DNA from: a candidate division WOR-3 bacterium
GTDB lineage: Bacteria > Hydrothermota > Tepidihabitantia > Tepidihabitantales > Tepidihabitantaceae
Assembly (NCBI GenBank): GCA_965649225.1
Contig: CBFGJX010000001.1
Location: forward strand, 64,001-128,000
Reading direction: 5' to 3'
Length of the DNA: 64,000 nt
Both the position numbers and the translations under genes were made by a program. The first letter of the stretch is position 1. Every line of letters starts with the position of its first letter. Below the pieces are notes generated by a model that saw only the letters and a list, made by a program, of their open reading frames with translations, ran no database searches and was not told the DNA's origin. Of this stretch, positions 50,701 to 60,001 are shown one piece after another.

Positions 50701-53347
50701 CTACACCGCACTTGACCGCGACATCGACCGTTCCAACGACACGGTATTCGGCCTCGACTCGGTCGAAGTCCGCACGCCGCGCCGCAGTGACGTCGGCACG
50801 ACCGCGATACTCGCACCCGTCGGACTGGTCGACTCTGGTACAGTGGTTACGCCGCGCGCGCGCGTCCGTAACTTTGGCACGCGCAACGAGACCTTCCCGG
50901 TGACCTTCCGTATCGGCACGTCCTACACCGAAACGCTTGAAGTCGCGCTCGGCAGCGGCGACTCGGTTACGGTAGTCTTCCCGTTCTGGGTTGCCAGCCC
51001 GGTTGACAGCATCGTCCTGGTCTGCTACACCGCACTCGACCGCGACGAGAACCGGTCCAACGATACGACCAGCAGCTGGGTCCGCGTCAGCCGACGCATC
51101 CGCCACGATGTCGGGGTAGAAGTCATCATCGCGCCGGTCGGCACAGTTGACTCGGGCACAACGGTCATACCCAAGGCGCTGGTCCGCAACTACGGAAACG
51201 TTATGGACAGCTTCCCGGTAACGATGCGCATCGGCACCGACTACACTCAGACGCGTTCGTTGTCGCTCGCTCCCGGCGCGCTGGACACGGTTAGCTTCCC
51301 AACTTGGACCGCAACGCAGGTCGAAACCGCCCCCGTTGTCTGCTTCACCAGCCTCGCCAGCGATGAGAATCGCGCCAACGACACGGCTCGCGCCACCGTA
51401 ACGGTACGGGCAATCGGCACCCGCGATGTCGGCGTGACCGCAATCCTTGCGCCGATCGGGACGGTTGACTCAGGCACCGCCCATACCCCGACTGCTGTCA
51501 TCCGCAACTACGGCAGCGCGGTGGCAACCTTCCCGGTCACTTTCCGGATCAGCGATGGCTATGCGCGAACAGTGAATCGCTCGCTCAACCCCGCTCAGAC
51601 CGACACGGTCATCTTCCCGGCCTGGGTCGCGCAGTCACCCGGCGCCTATGCCTGCACTGCCTACACCGCGCTCGCAGGCGACATCAATCGCGCCAACGAC
51701 ACGGCGGCGGCGGCCGTCACCGTCAACCCGCTGCGTCTGCCTGACGTCAGTGCCCGCGTGATCCTTGCCCCGGTTGACACAATCGAACTCGGCGCCGTCA
51801 TCACTCCGCTGGCAGTAGTTCGTCACATTCCTGATACACTGGACCTGGACGCCGATGGCCGTGATATTGTATTCCCGGTAACACTGCTGATCGGAACTGC
51901 CTATCGTGAATCAGTCTCAGTCACCCTGCCGCCCGGCGGTATCGACACGGTGGCATTTCCGGTCTGGACCGCACAACCGCTTGGCACCATCCCGACAGTC
52001 TGCTTCACTCACTTGGCCGGCGACCCGGTGCCTGCCAACGACACCTGTCGTGGCTCAGCAACCGTCATCGCCGCCCCGGTGCACGATGTGAGTCCGGTGG
52101 TAATCCTCGCCCCGTGCGGTACCGTCAACACTGGCACCGCCATCATTCCCCGTGCGGTCGTTGTCAACCTTGGCAACCGCACCGAGTCATTCCCGGTCAC
52201 GCTTGCGGTTGGCAACGACTATCGGGCAACTTCACTGGTTGAAGCCCTTGAGCCCGGTCAGTACGACACCGTCCGTTTTACCATCTGGCAGGCATCCGGC
52301 ACCGGCCAGCAACTGGTGGTCTGCCACACTTCATTAGCCGATGATGCCAACCGTGGCAACGACACAATCGTCGGAACGGTATCGGTCGTCAATGCCGATG
52401 CCGAAGCAGTGGCAATCGTCGCGCCGGTCGGCACGGTCGACTCCGGGCTCGTACTCACGCCGCGCGCTGTCATCCGCAACAACGGACCGGGTGCGGCCGC
52501 GTTCCCGGTGACACTGCGAATCGGCACCGTCTACTCCGGCACTGTCTATGCTGACCTTGCGGCCGGTCAGGCCGACACCTTTGCATTCCCGGCCTGGGTC
52601 GCCGAACCCCTCGGGCAACAGGAAGTGGTCTGCTACACTCAGCTTCAGGGCGACCCCAACCCGGCCAATGATTCGGCCCGCGCCCGGGTGCAGGTACTGC
52701 CCGCAGCCCGCGACGTCGGCACACTCGCAGTTCTTTCGCCGACCGGCCGAACCAGTGTCAGTGCCCCGCCCTGGCGCGTCAGAATTACTCCCCGGGCCCG
52801 CATCAGCAACTTCGGACCGCGCAGTGAACCGCTGGTTCCCTGCCGCTTCCGAATCGACCGGTATGAAGTCCGCGCCGGGGGCGGTAACGAAACAACCTAT
52901 GTGGCCACGGTTTACGAGAACACGCTGGAAGTCGCCGGGCTCGAACCGGACGAGACGCGCGAGATCAGCCTCCCTGACACCGCACTCGGCCTCGGCCTCT
53001 ATGTCGTCTCATGCTCAACCCGTCTCAGCGGCGACGCCAACCCGGCCAACGACCGTCGCAGCGCGGTGTTTGTCGTGGACGATTCGCTGGGCAGCCCCGA
53101 GTTCGCCATCCGGATCTATACCCGCGCCGGAGAGCTCATTCGCCGACTCGGCGTCACACGCCGCCCCGGCGACCCGCTCTGGATAACCTGGGACGGTTGC
53201 AACGACCGCGGCGAACGTGTCGCACCCGGCACCTACATCTGCCTGATTTCGGTGCAGTCCAGTGACGGACCGACTTCGGAGTTCCGGCGCAACATACTGG
53301 TTTCACGTAACGCCACTGAAATCCGTTTGAGCTGGAGGCAACCGTGA
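47759..53347 (+). CDS. 1862-aa surface protein with 16 CARDB/Ig-like repeats and an FlgD-like C-terminal sorting domain
   Basis: AGGAGG RBS, signal peptide, 16 repeats of about 110 aa 'DVG..I.aP.G..DSG..P.A.IRN.G..FPV..W..C.T.L..D.N..NDT', ending IYTRAGELIR..WDGCNDRGERVAPGTY. Confidence 0.9.
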   Translation: MRPVRLLLCLVGYCAVVWCSSPLAYGNTPGNPTDAAPGFCRHDIGATSIRWPRDTVALDTVSNPRAWIYNFGDFTESGFPVTFLVIAGTDTLYRATDTFRAELPPGTNATMLFPQWTARPTGQYTAVCYTQLAGDASRANDTTRHSFLVRDCRGDVGATLILAPTGTVDSGVLVTPRAVIRNYTGRAETFPVTLRIGSLYTQTQQCSLPGFAIDTVEFAPAWTAQPPGNYPVICFTALTADADRSNDTARSSVTVLDCPRHDVGALEIVWPRGQIDSGSVVTPRAVIRNYGNRDETFPVTLRIGIVYSRTITTSLAVGAIDTVSFPAWTAHPLGGHTTVCFTNLWNDENRANDTTWGEICVVRPARHDVGTEAILAPLGIVDSGTLHLPRAIIHNYGTRSDSFPVTFEIEGGYSATERRTLLPGQTDTVDFLPFWRAQPLGSLAVRCFTALASDTNRANDTARASVTVVVPEVHDVGVAAILAPVGTLDSGAVVTPLALVRNYGTRDESFPVSLSIGADYEQTVDLELAAGRDTTLTFPDWIAQPVGSHAVTCLTRLAADENRANDTARTTVEVRSLPRNDVGTLAILAPVGTVDSGSAHTPTAVIHNFGNRRATFPVTFTISDGYARTLNLSLDPGQTDTVIFPAWVAALPGTHACTVYTALGEDVDRSNDTTAATVTVRALPPPDVGVIHILAPTGFAELGQVIIPRAVVRHWPDTTDAQVTFPVTMTIGSTYRESLIVTLPGGASRTVEFPAWNAGPLGQHEVVCFTQLEPDPNRANDTAHTTVEIITVPRHDVGATAILAPAGTLDSGTVHTPQAVIRNFGTRDETFPVTFRIGDGYTETLLRQLAPGQVDTVRFPLWIAQPLGRHATLCYTALDRDEDRSNDTVWGTDSVEVVRHLRPDVGAMRIIAPAGRYDSGEVVAPSAVIRNFGNTADSFPVTFAVAGYADTLWTFLTPGQIDTVTFRDWIAQPVGRHLPVCYTALDRDIDRSNDTVFGLDSVEVRTPRRSDVGTTAILAPVGLVDSGTVVTPRARVRNFGTRNETFPVTFRIGTSYTETLEVALGSGDSVTVVFPFWVASPVDSIVLVCYTALDRDENRSNDTTSSWVRVSRRIRHDVGVEVIIAPVGTVDSGTTVIPKALVRNYGNVMDSFPVTMRIGTDYTQTRSLSLAPGALDTVSFPTWTATQVETAPVVCFTSLASDENRANDTARATVTVRAIGTRDVGVTAILAPIGTVDSGTAHTPTAVIRNYGSAVATFPVTFRISDGYARTVNRSLNPAQTDTVIFPAWVAQSPGAYACTAYTALAGDINRANDTAAAAVTVNPLRLPDVSARVILAPVDTIELGAVITPLAVVRHIPDTLDLDADGRDIVFPVTLLIGTAYRESVSVTLPPGGIDTVAFPVWTAQPLGTIPTVCFTHLAGDPVPANDTCRGSATVIAAPVHDVSPVVILAPCGTVNTGTAIIPRAVVVNLGNRTESFPVTLAVGNDYRATSLVEALEPGQYDTVRFTIWQASGTGQQLVVCHTSLADDANRGNDTIVGTVSVVNADAEAVAIVAPVGTVDSGLVLTPRAVIRNNGPGAAAFPVTLRIGTVYSGTVYADLAAGQADTFAFPAWVAEPLGQQEVVCYTQLQGDPNPANDSARARVQVLPAARDVGTLAVLSPTGRTSVSAPPWRVRITPRARISNFGPRSEPLVPCRFRIDRYEVRAGGGNETTYVATVYENTLEVAGLEPDETREISLPDTALGLGLYVVSCSTRLSGDANPANDRRSAVFVVDDSLGSPEFAIRIYTRAGELIRRLGVTRRPGDPLWITWDGCNDRGERVAPGTYICLISVQSSDGPTSEFRRNILVSRNATEIRLSWRQP

Positions 53348-55077
53348 GCATCATTCTGATCTGCTGTCTGCTCGGCGCCGGCAATACCGGCACTGCGGTT
53401 CTGCCACTGCTCAAAATCGGCCAGGGTCCGCGTCCAGCCGCGATGGGCGAATCTTTCACCGGTCTGGCCGATGATGCCAGCGCGGTATACTGGAACCCGG
53501 CCGGATTGAGTCGGCTCGACAACTGGCAGGTAAGTCTTTCGCATCACCAGTGGTTTGTTGATATCAAGGATGAAGTTCTTCACGGCGCCGTTCCGGTGGG
53601 ACCGGGTGCTCTGGGCATTGGCGTCATCTACGCCGGCGAACCTGATGTCGAATACTGGGACGAGCCAACTGGCGGCTTTGCCTACGGCCGCACCTGGAGC
53701 ACAGTTGTGACTGCCGGCTACGGCCTGCGCCTCGGCACCGGCTACGCCCTCGGAATCTCGGCCAAGGGACTCTACGAAGACCTCCTCGAAGAACGCGGCT
53801 GGGGTGGTGGTCTCGACATCGGCGCCCTCGCCCGTCCTCTGCCCCTGCTGGGCGTCGGCGTCGCCGCGCGCCATCTCGGGCTGGCCTCATTCACGACATC
53901 GGGAGGCGAACGCCTGCCAGCTGAGGTTGTCGGCGGCATCTCACTGGATACGCGCTACCTGCGTGCCACCGTTGACGCTACCTTTGCCCTCTTTGACAAC
54001 AAGCCTGGTGTCCGCGCCGGGCTGGAATTTCAGCCGGTACCGATACTGGCACTCCGCGCCGGCTACCGAACCGGACCGGTCGATGTCCGAAGTCTGGGTG
54101 CGCTTTCCGGTCTGACCGCCGGCATCGGGGTCGCGATCGGCGGCATTGGTGTTGACTATGCCTTCACGCCCTATGGTGAGCTTGGTGCCACCCACCGCGT
54201 CGGCATTCGGACGGTGCCAGCCGGTCTGGGCAATCTCATCGTCACTGTCGTTGACGCCCGCACCCGTGAACGCATCACCGCCCTGCTTACCACATCCGGC
54301 GTCGCTGACGTCGCCGCCAATATTGACCAGCTCAGCCTTTACGACCTTCGCCCCGGCACGGTGCTTGTACGGGCTGTCCGCGACGGCTACGCTCCGGGAG
54401 AATTGCGTACCCAGGTCATCGCCGGTCGCACAACCAGTGACACTATCGCGCTGGAACCGGTTGCCGGCCGGCTGGTTGGTGGTATCTACGATGCCCGCAC
54501 CCGGCTGCCCATCGGCGGCTCGCTCGCCTGGCGCGGACCGGTTTCCGGTCGCATGCCGGTCGCTTCGCTGCCCGGAACTTTCGCCATTGAAAACATCACC
54601 GCCGGGCGTTACGTCCTCGACGCGAGCGGGCCATCAACCGATTACCTGCCCCAGACCTGCACCCTTGACGTACCTGCGGCACGCACAACCGAACGCAACT
54701 TCTACCTCTGGCGCCGGGGCGACTGGCTGATACTGGAAGGTGTCAACTTCGAAACCGGCAAAGCCGACATCCTGCCTCAGTTCTACCCGGTTCTGGACCG
54801 GGCCGGTCAGATACTGCGCCAGACACCGGACATCCGGCTGGTCGAACTGGCCGGACACACCGACCCGCGCGACATCAACACCAGCGAATTCCCGTCCAAC
54901 TGGGAGCTTTCCGAAGCACGTGCCCAAGCAGTCCGCCGCTACTTGATCGAGAAATGGGGAATCGCTCCAGACCGGCTGATTGCCCGCGGCTATGCTGACA
55001 CCCAGCCGATAACGTCCAACGCCACCTTTGAAGGAATGGCTCGCAACCGCCGCACCGAAATGCGGATTCTGGAGTAG
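53344..55077 (+). CDS. PorV/PorQ-family barrel fused to carboxypeptidase-regulatory-like domains and an OmpA C-terminal domain
   Basis: GPRPAAMGESFTGLADDASAVYWNPAGL, DYAFTPYGELG; two beta-sandwiches; GHTD..NWELSEARA..GY..NRRTE. GTGA-coupled to the repeat protein. Confidence 0.85.
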   Translation: MSIILICCLLGAGNTGTAVLPLLKIGQGPRPAAMGESFTGLADDASAVYWNPAGLSRLDNWQVSLSHHQWFVDIKDEVLHGAVPVGPGALGIGVIYAGEPDVEYWDEPTGGFAYGRTWSTVVTAGYGLRLGTGYALGISAKGLYEDLLEERGWGGGLDIGALARPLPLLGVGVAARHLGLASFTTSGGERLPAEVVGGISLDTRYLRATVDATFALFDNKPGVRAGLEFQPVPILALRAGYRTGPVDVRSLGALSGLTAGIGVAIGGIGVDYAFTPYGELGATHRVGIRTVPAGLGNLIVTVVDARTRERITALLTTSGVADVAANIDQLSLYDLRPGTVLVRAVRDGYAPGELRTQVIAGRTTSDTIALEPVAGRLVGGIYDARTRLPIGGSLAWRGPVSGRMPVASLPGTFAIENITAGRYVLDASGPSTDYLPQTCTLDVPAARTTERNFYLWRRGDWLILEGVNFETGKADILPQFYPVLDRAGQILRQTPDIRLVELAGHTDPRDINTSEFPSNWELSEARAQAVRRYLIEKWGIAPDRLIARGYADTQPITSNATFEGMARNRRTEMRILE

Positions 55078-55111
55078 TTGTGGCTGATCCCAAGGCCAAC
55101 AGGAGGCAAAG

Positions 55112-55603
55112 ATGAGTATTATCCGCTCCACGGTTCTGATTCTGGCAATCTCGGCGCTGGCGCTTGTCCAGGCTGCGCCGCAAACCGGGATCAACTTCAT
55201 CAACATGTTCATTCGGCTTGAAGACGAACGTGTCTACGGTCTGCACAAGCTCAACGCCACCGAACGCAGCCGGCTAAACGAAGTCTTCGGTCGGATAGTT
55301 GCTGAAAAGGAAGATCACCTGCGCAACAGCGCACTGGCGTATCTTCGCCGGGAGGGCTGGGACGCGTTTGAGGTCACCGGTTCCGAGGAACTGACCCTCG
55401 ACCCGAATGCCGGCCCCAGAACCTATCTCAGCGTCCGCTGGCGGGATGCCCGCCTGACGCTGGAACCGGTCAGCCGTTCGACGCTGATGCCGGGCCATTA
55501 CCTGGGCCGGGCTGACTCGACATTCTGCCGTATCCTCGACCCCGAAGGCAGGCCGGTCGAGTTCTTCATCCGCCGCACCGGCCTGCCCGGCACCGACAAC
55601 TGA
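55112..55603 (+). CDS. secreted hypothetical protein
   Basis: AGGAGG RBS, signal peptide (ALVQA), 163 aa. Confidence 0.7.
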   Translation: MSIIRSTVLILAISALALVQAAPQTGINFINMFIRLEDERVYGLHKLNATERSRLNEVFGRIVAEKEDHLRNSALAYLRREGWDAFEVTGSEELTLDPNAGPRTYLSVRWRDARLTLEPVSRSTLMPGHYLGRADSTFCRILDPEGRPVEFFIRRTGLPGTDN

Positions 55604-55726
55604 AGCGGCAGAGAAGCTCGACTCGCGGCCCGACGGCACTGCTGACGGGCCGCGCTCGGCTGCACCATTGACACCGGCCCGGCCGCGGCCTAGCATTGCC
55701 TGACGGGCCAAGGAAGAAAATTGCCG

Positions 55727-55965
55727 ATGCGGCCACACAACCTCAGCCTCGAGGTCGATGAACCGGGGTTCTTGAGTACCGACCCGGCACCGGCCGGGCG
55801 CCCCGGTCGAAACGAAACTCCGCGTCGGGTTCGACGCCAGCCTGCCCTGCGCATTGGAGAACTTTGGGAGTCAGTTCATCGCGAAGCGTGAGGGCAGCCG
55901 GTTACTGCTCCTGCGGCCGCCGAGACGCCCGCCCGAAATCACTTCCGCCACTTTGCCTTTCCAGA
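55727..55965 (+). pseudogene. frameshifted internal fragment paralogous to 58420-59376
   Basis: HNLSLEVDEPGFLSTDPAPAGR, frameshift near 55802, VETKLRVGFDASLPCALENFGSQFIAKREGSRLLLLRPPRRPPEITSATLPF. Aligns to HNLGLEVESLGFFTNKSSPAERATVESRLVAALDEGLPCAVQNMENQLIAGYEANRFLLLRPWECAPEITPAALTF. Confidence 0.8.
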
Positions 55966-56038
55966 CAATGGTGTCAGTGACCCCGGGCCCAGCCGCGATA
56001 CCGACAATGTCTGAACCAGTCCGCCAAACGGAGGAACT

Positions 56039-56794
56039 TTGATTTTGAAGAGACTGCCTGCGCTAGCACTCGCCCTGTTTTTGTCCGCCTGCAGCCGCAA
56101 CGCCACGCTCACCGGTATGGTGATGGACGGCGCAGGCGATACCCATCTGGCCGGCCTCCCGGTGGAAGCCGTCCGCGCCAATCCTGAGCTTACGGTCAAG
56201 ACCAGTACCAGGCGCGACGGCTCTTTCCGTCTCGGTTTGCCGGCCGGCGACTGGCTCATCACCGTCAACCCGGCTGGCGGCAGAAACCACAACCCGGCCT
56301 ACCTGCCGTTCTCAGCGCCGCTGACCTTGACCGCCAGAGAACAGCAGGTCCTCGACACCATTTGGCTCGCGCCGCTGCCGCCCGATTCACTGGCAGGGGC
56401 CGGCTACCTGCTTGACCGCGGCAGAGGCTATGTCACCCTGCCCCGCGTCGACGTGCGGCTCTTTGCGACGGGCGAACTGGTTCTCTACCAGAAAGACCCG
56501 CTGTTCTATGCCGCGTCCCGCCCCATCGCCCTCGTGACATATGGCCCGACTCCGGTACGCCTGCTCGGTGCCCGGCCCGGCACCCTCGTTTCCGAAGGAA
56601 TGGCGCGCTACTGGAAGTTCCCGGTTGAACCAGTCGCGCGGGCGCGCGACTTCGCCGCCGGCGCGTGGCGCGTGACGGTCTGGACCGGCGCACCTGCCCC
56701 GGGCCGGTACGCCGCGTTCCTGCCCGGCGCCGAGACCGGCGAATACTCCGAAGGCCTGGCCTGCCTCTTCGCGGTCCCTGCTCCGGGCGAGTAA
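56039..56794 (+). CDS. lipoprotein with carboxypeptidase-regulatory-like domain
   Basis: GGAGG RBS, lipobox LSAC, 'LTG.V.D..T..DGSF.L.LP.G.W' pattern. Confidence 0.75.
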   Translation: MILKRLPALALALFLSACSRNATLTGMVMDGAGDTHLAGLPVEAVRANPELTVKTSTRRDGSFRLGLPAGDWLITVNPAGGRNHNPAYLPFSAPLTLTAREQQVLDTIWLAPLPPDSLAGAGYLLDRGRGYVTLPRVDVRLFATGELVLYQKDPLFYAASRPIALVTYGPTPVRLLGARPGTLVSEGMARYWKFPVEPVARARDFAAGAWRVTVWTGAPAPGRYAAFLPGAETGEYSEGLACLFAVPAPGE

Positions 56795-56868
56795 CGGCCC
56801 TTGGCGATTCCTCGCGACAGCGAGCCGCCCGTCGCGCAGCCGGACGGCTCTGCGGCAAGACTGCCTCG

Positions 56869-58239
56869 CTAACGTGCGACCACGACCTTGCGGCTCGCGC
56901 CTGGTGAACACCGGCCGCCATTGCCGGCCTGGCGGAAGAAATAGACGCCCGGCGCCAGTCTTCCCCCGGTTACGCGGCAGCCCAGCGCGTCATACACCAG
57001 CTCGCCCCTTGCGAAACCAGCCAAGACCCCGCCAGCGGGCCGTGGCTTGACCCCCCCGCGCGGCTCGGTGACCCCGGTGAACACAGGCCCGGTCGAGAAC
57101 ACGACCGTGGGCCAGTCGGCCGCAGGCAGGCCCAGGGCCGACTGAATTGACACGCGTTCCGCCGTCGTCAGCGGCGCGAGGATGTGACCGCCCAGTCCGA
57201 GCGCGCGCGCCTGCACGAGAAACTGGAACGCGGCAAACCCGGCCTCGATCGGGCCGTAAGCGCCGGCCGTGTCCGCGACCGCGACCACGATGTAGAGCGG
57301 CGCGGTCCCGGGCAGCCGCGGCGCGGCCGCGCGCAGGGCGGCGCGCCGGTCGCCCTGGCTCACCAACTCAAGCCGGTGGTCGCTCGTGGAAAGGCCGGTG
57401 CCAGGCGGCACGCGGTTGTGATAGCGCCACAGCGCCGTGTCGCCGACAAGGTATATGCGCCGGGTCAGATAGTAGTTGGCAATTGCCGAAGGAATCGTCG
57501 TGCCACGTCGACCGTTCGTAGTCATGTGCGGCGTCACGCCGTAACCGGCCCAGAGCAACTGGCCAACCACCGCAATCGGCGGGAATGCCGGGTCAAACAA
57601 CGTGTCGAACACAAGCGTGCCCAGCAACTCCTCGTACAAGTTGCCCCCGGCCGTGACCGGCAAAGGCAACGTCGAATCGGACGAACGGGCCACGCAGGAA
57701 TCGGTCAGCCCGGTCAAGGCAGCGCGGCCGTGCACGTTCACCATCCTGATGGTGTGCGCTGGGTTCCAGTTGGAGTTCGCGTAATTCGTTGCATAGGTCA
57801 TCGGGCAGGAACTGACGCTGCCGCCCGAAGAGTCCCAGAACGCGACCGACGCCAGCAACCCGGCCTGAATGGCAAGCCCCGCCTCCTCATAACGCTCCAC
57901 CGCAACACCTACCTCAAAAGCCGAGTTTGAGCTGTACCGATGATTACCCGCGAGATGCACGCGCAGGGCGTGCGCGGCGGTGTCGTAAATGTAGACATTG
58001 CTCGGCGTCGCGACGTAGAACTCGCGGTAGGCGCTGCCCAGTGACGGTGCGCGGTTCATCGCCCAAAGTACGTTGGCCAGCACCTGTACCGGCAGGCTCG
58101 AAGTAAAACCGGAATGCGACGAGTAGCGGCTATTCGAGAGGATTTCGAACGAGTTGGAGTTCACTGTCGGCGGCGGCAGGCTCTCCACCTGGCCAAGGGC
58201 CAACGCGGCCAGCAAGGCACAAATGATTGACAACTTCAT
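56869..58239 (-). CDS. secreted tandem nitroreductase/SagB-like protein with T9SS-like CTD
   Basis: Signal peptide at ATG 58239; two SagB-like domains (LANVLWA..PS; GQLLWAGYG..TIPSA..EAG...ALGLG); C-terminal VYDALG..LAPGVYF. Confidence 0.75.
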   Translation of the reverse strand: MKLSIICALLAALALGQVESLPPPTVNSNSFEILSNSRYSSHSGFTSSLPVQVLANVLWAMNRAPSLGSAYREFYVATPSNVYIYDTAAHALRVHLAGNHRYSSNSAFEVGVAVERYEEAGLAIQAGLLASVAFWDSSGGSVSSCPMTYATNYANSNWNPAHTIRMVNVHGRAALTGLTDSCVARSSDSTLPLPVTAGGNLYEELLGTLVFDTLFDPAFPPIAVVGQLLWAGYGVTPHMTTNGRRGTTIPSAIANYYLTRRIYLVGDTALWRYHNRVPPGTGLSTSDHRLELVSQGDRRAALRAAAPRLPGTAPLYIVVAVADTAGAYGPIEAGFAAFQFLVQARALGLGGHILAPLTTAERVSIQSALGLPAADWPTVVFSTGPVFTGVTEPRGGVKPRPAGGVLAGFARGELVYDALGCRVTGGRLAPGVYFFRQAGNGGRCSPGASRKVVVAR

Positions 58240-58419
58240 ACAACCCCAGCCTACGCCCGGCACTACCCCACTGTCAAGCCTACACCAGCGCGACGCCCGC
58301 GCGCCGCTGTCATACCCGCCGGGCCTCCGAATGACGAGCACCGGCAACTGACCGGTGGCCGCTTGACTGGCCGCCGGTCGGCTACTACGATTTAGTGACG
58401 GGAACGAAAGGAGTCGCCG

Positions 58420-59376
58420 ATGCGTCTTGCTCAGCTCACCCAGCCGTCTTTTCAGACGACCCTGATGGGCGTTATCAAGGGGGCACTGGACTACTTTGGA
58501 TTCCAGTATTCCAACGCCGCCGTGTTCGGCGGCTCAGGGCACGCGTTCCTCATCAACATTCACGAAGAAATCTGCCCCAGCAGCCGCTACCGGTGGAAGT
58601 ATGACGCATTCTGGCCCTTGGTGCATAACCTCGGTCTCGAGGTCGAAAGCCTGGGGTTCTTCACCAACAAATCATCGCCGGCTGAACGCGCCACAGTCGA
58701 ATCCAGGCTGGTCGCCGCACTTGACGAAGGACTTCCCTGTGCCGTCCAGAACATGGAAAACCAGCTCATCGCCGGTTACGAAGCGAATCGGTTTCTGCTC
58801 CTGCGGCCCTGGGAATGCGCTCCGGAAATCACGCCGGCAGCGTTGACCTTCGGCACTTGGGCCGAGCTGGGCCAGGAGGTCCATACCAGCTTCTTTGTGT
58901 TTCGCCGGACCAGGCCGGCTTCGCCGGAAAAGACTCTGCACGACGCCCTGCGCTGGGCCTGCGACATATTTCTCAAACCCGCAAACTACAACTTCGAACA
59001 CTACGGCGTCGGCCCCGACGCCTACGACAACTGGCTCCGGGCAGTCGAGAAAGGCCTCGGTGGCAGTCACGGGAACTGGTGGAATGCCGAGGTGTGGTCA
59101 GAATGTCGTCTGATGGCAGCCAACTGGTTCCGCGAGCTCGCCCAGCACGAACGTCCAAGCCGGGCCGAGCTCTGCCGACTGCTGGTGCGCGATTACACCG
59201 AAATTGGTGAACTGCTCAGGGCCGTGGGCGAAAAAACCATGCCCCTGCCCGAGAAAGTCTCAACCCTGGCCGAGCTCAAGGCGCGCGAACTCCGCGCCGT
59301 CGCCCATATTGAAACCTGTCTCGCCCTGATGACGCAGCTGGGCGTCGGCGCCAGCCGGGAAACCGACCAGGACTGA
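58420..59376 (+). CDS. hypothetical cytoplasmic protein (possibly BtrH-N-like)
   Basis: AAGGAG RBS, upstream TTGACT/TACGAT promoter, 318 aa, 'FGGSGHAF..ICPS' motif. Confidence 0.7.
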   Translation: MRLAQLTQPSFQTTLMGVIKGALDYFGFQYSNAAVFGGSGHAFLINIHEEICPSSRYRWKYDAFWPLVHNLGLEVESLGFFTNKSSPAERATVESRLVAALDEGLPCAVQNMENQLIAGYEANRFLLLRPWECAPEITPAALTFGTWAELGQEVHTSFFVFRRTRPASPEKTLHDALRWACDIFLKPANYNFEHYGVGPDAYDNWLRAVEKGLGGSHGNWWNAEVWSECRLMAANWFRELAQHERPSRAELCRLLVRDYTEIGELLRAVGEKTMPLPEKVSTLAELKARELRAVAHIETCLALMTQLGVGASRETDQD

Positions 59377-59679
59377 CCAGCCGCCGGGGAAACCGTCGGG
59401 CAACCTACCCATCTGCTGCGTAAGTCTCTGCTGGAACTGGGCTTGGCATCCCAAACCATGAAACTGTTTCAGCTCCGGCCACACCGGCAATGACGCCGCA
59501 ACGCAGCGTTCGTCTGCCGACCGCAAAGCCTGCCCGAAGAAAACAAAAACGCAAAACCCGGCTCCTCAGACCGAAGCGACCGCTGTTGACGCTGAACTCC
59601 GGTCTCTGCCAAGAACCCAGAACCAACCGCAAGTCTGGATTTTTCGCTTCCGACTGCTATCCTCAACTCGAAACAGCAA

Positions 59680-59985
59680 ATGAACTCGGAACTGTTTTCG
59701 CTTTTTGCCGCCGACCAGCGTGACCATTCTGCCCAATGCCGGTCGAATGAGCCCCAAACAGCCCTGCGCGACCAGGAACGGATCGCGTCAGTACGGACGA
59801 TATTCCGTCACTTTGCTGTATTGGATGCCGCTGACCTCTATCACGCAGCGGTAATCTACTCACGCGGAACCGACCGCAACGAAAAAACCACCGCTGTCCT
59901 GCTTGCCCGCCGCAGTGCTGACGCCGGGTACGCACCGGCGCGCGAGCTTCTGGCACGGTTAACCGCAGATAACCAGCCGACCTGA
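59680..59985 (+). CDS. short helical hypothetical protein, possibly truncated
   Basis: N.EL..L...DQ.D...RD..R...DLYHAA.I..G pattern; 101 aa; no clear RBS. Confidence 0.45.
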   Translation: MNSELFSLFAADQRDHSAQCRSNEPQTALRDQERIASVRTIFRHFAVLDAADLYHAAVIYSRGTDRNEKTTAVLLARRSADAGYAPARELLARLTADNQPT

Positions 59986-60001
59986 GGCAGCGTAATTCCG
60001 G

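Noticed and set aside
47880..53070. Periodic DNA repeats suggesting a CRISPR array or DGR
   Set aside because: They are degenerate ~330-bp in-frame protein repeats; there are no identical short repeats with unique spacers and no cas or reverse transcriptase gene.
55755..55820. Hammerhead-ribozyme-like pattern (GAUGA-stem-GAAA)
   Set aside because: The core reads UCGAUGA rather than CUGAUGA, stem II is out of register, and the region is explained as a pseudogene fragment.
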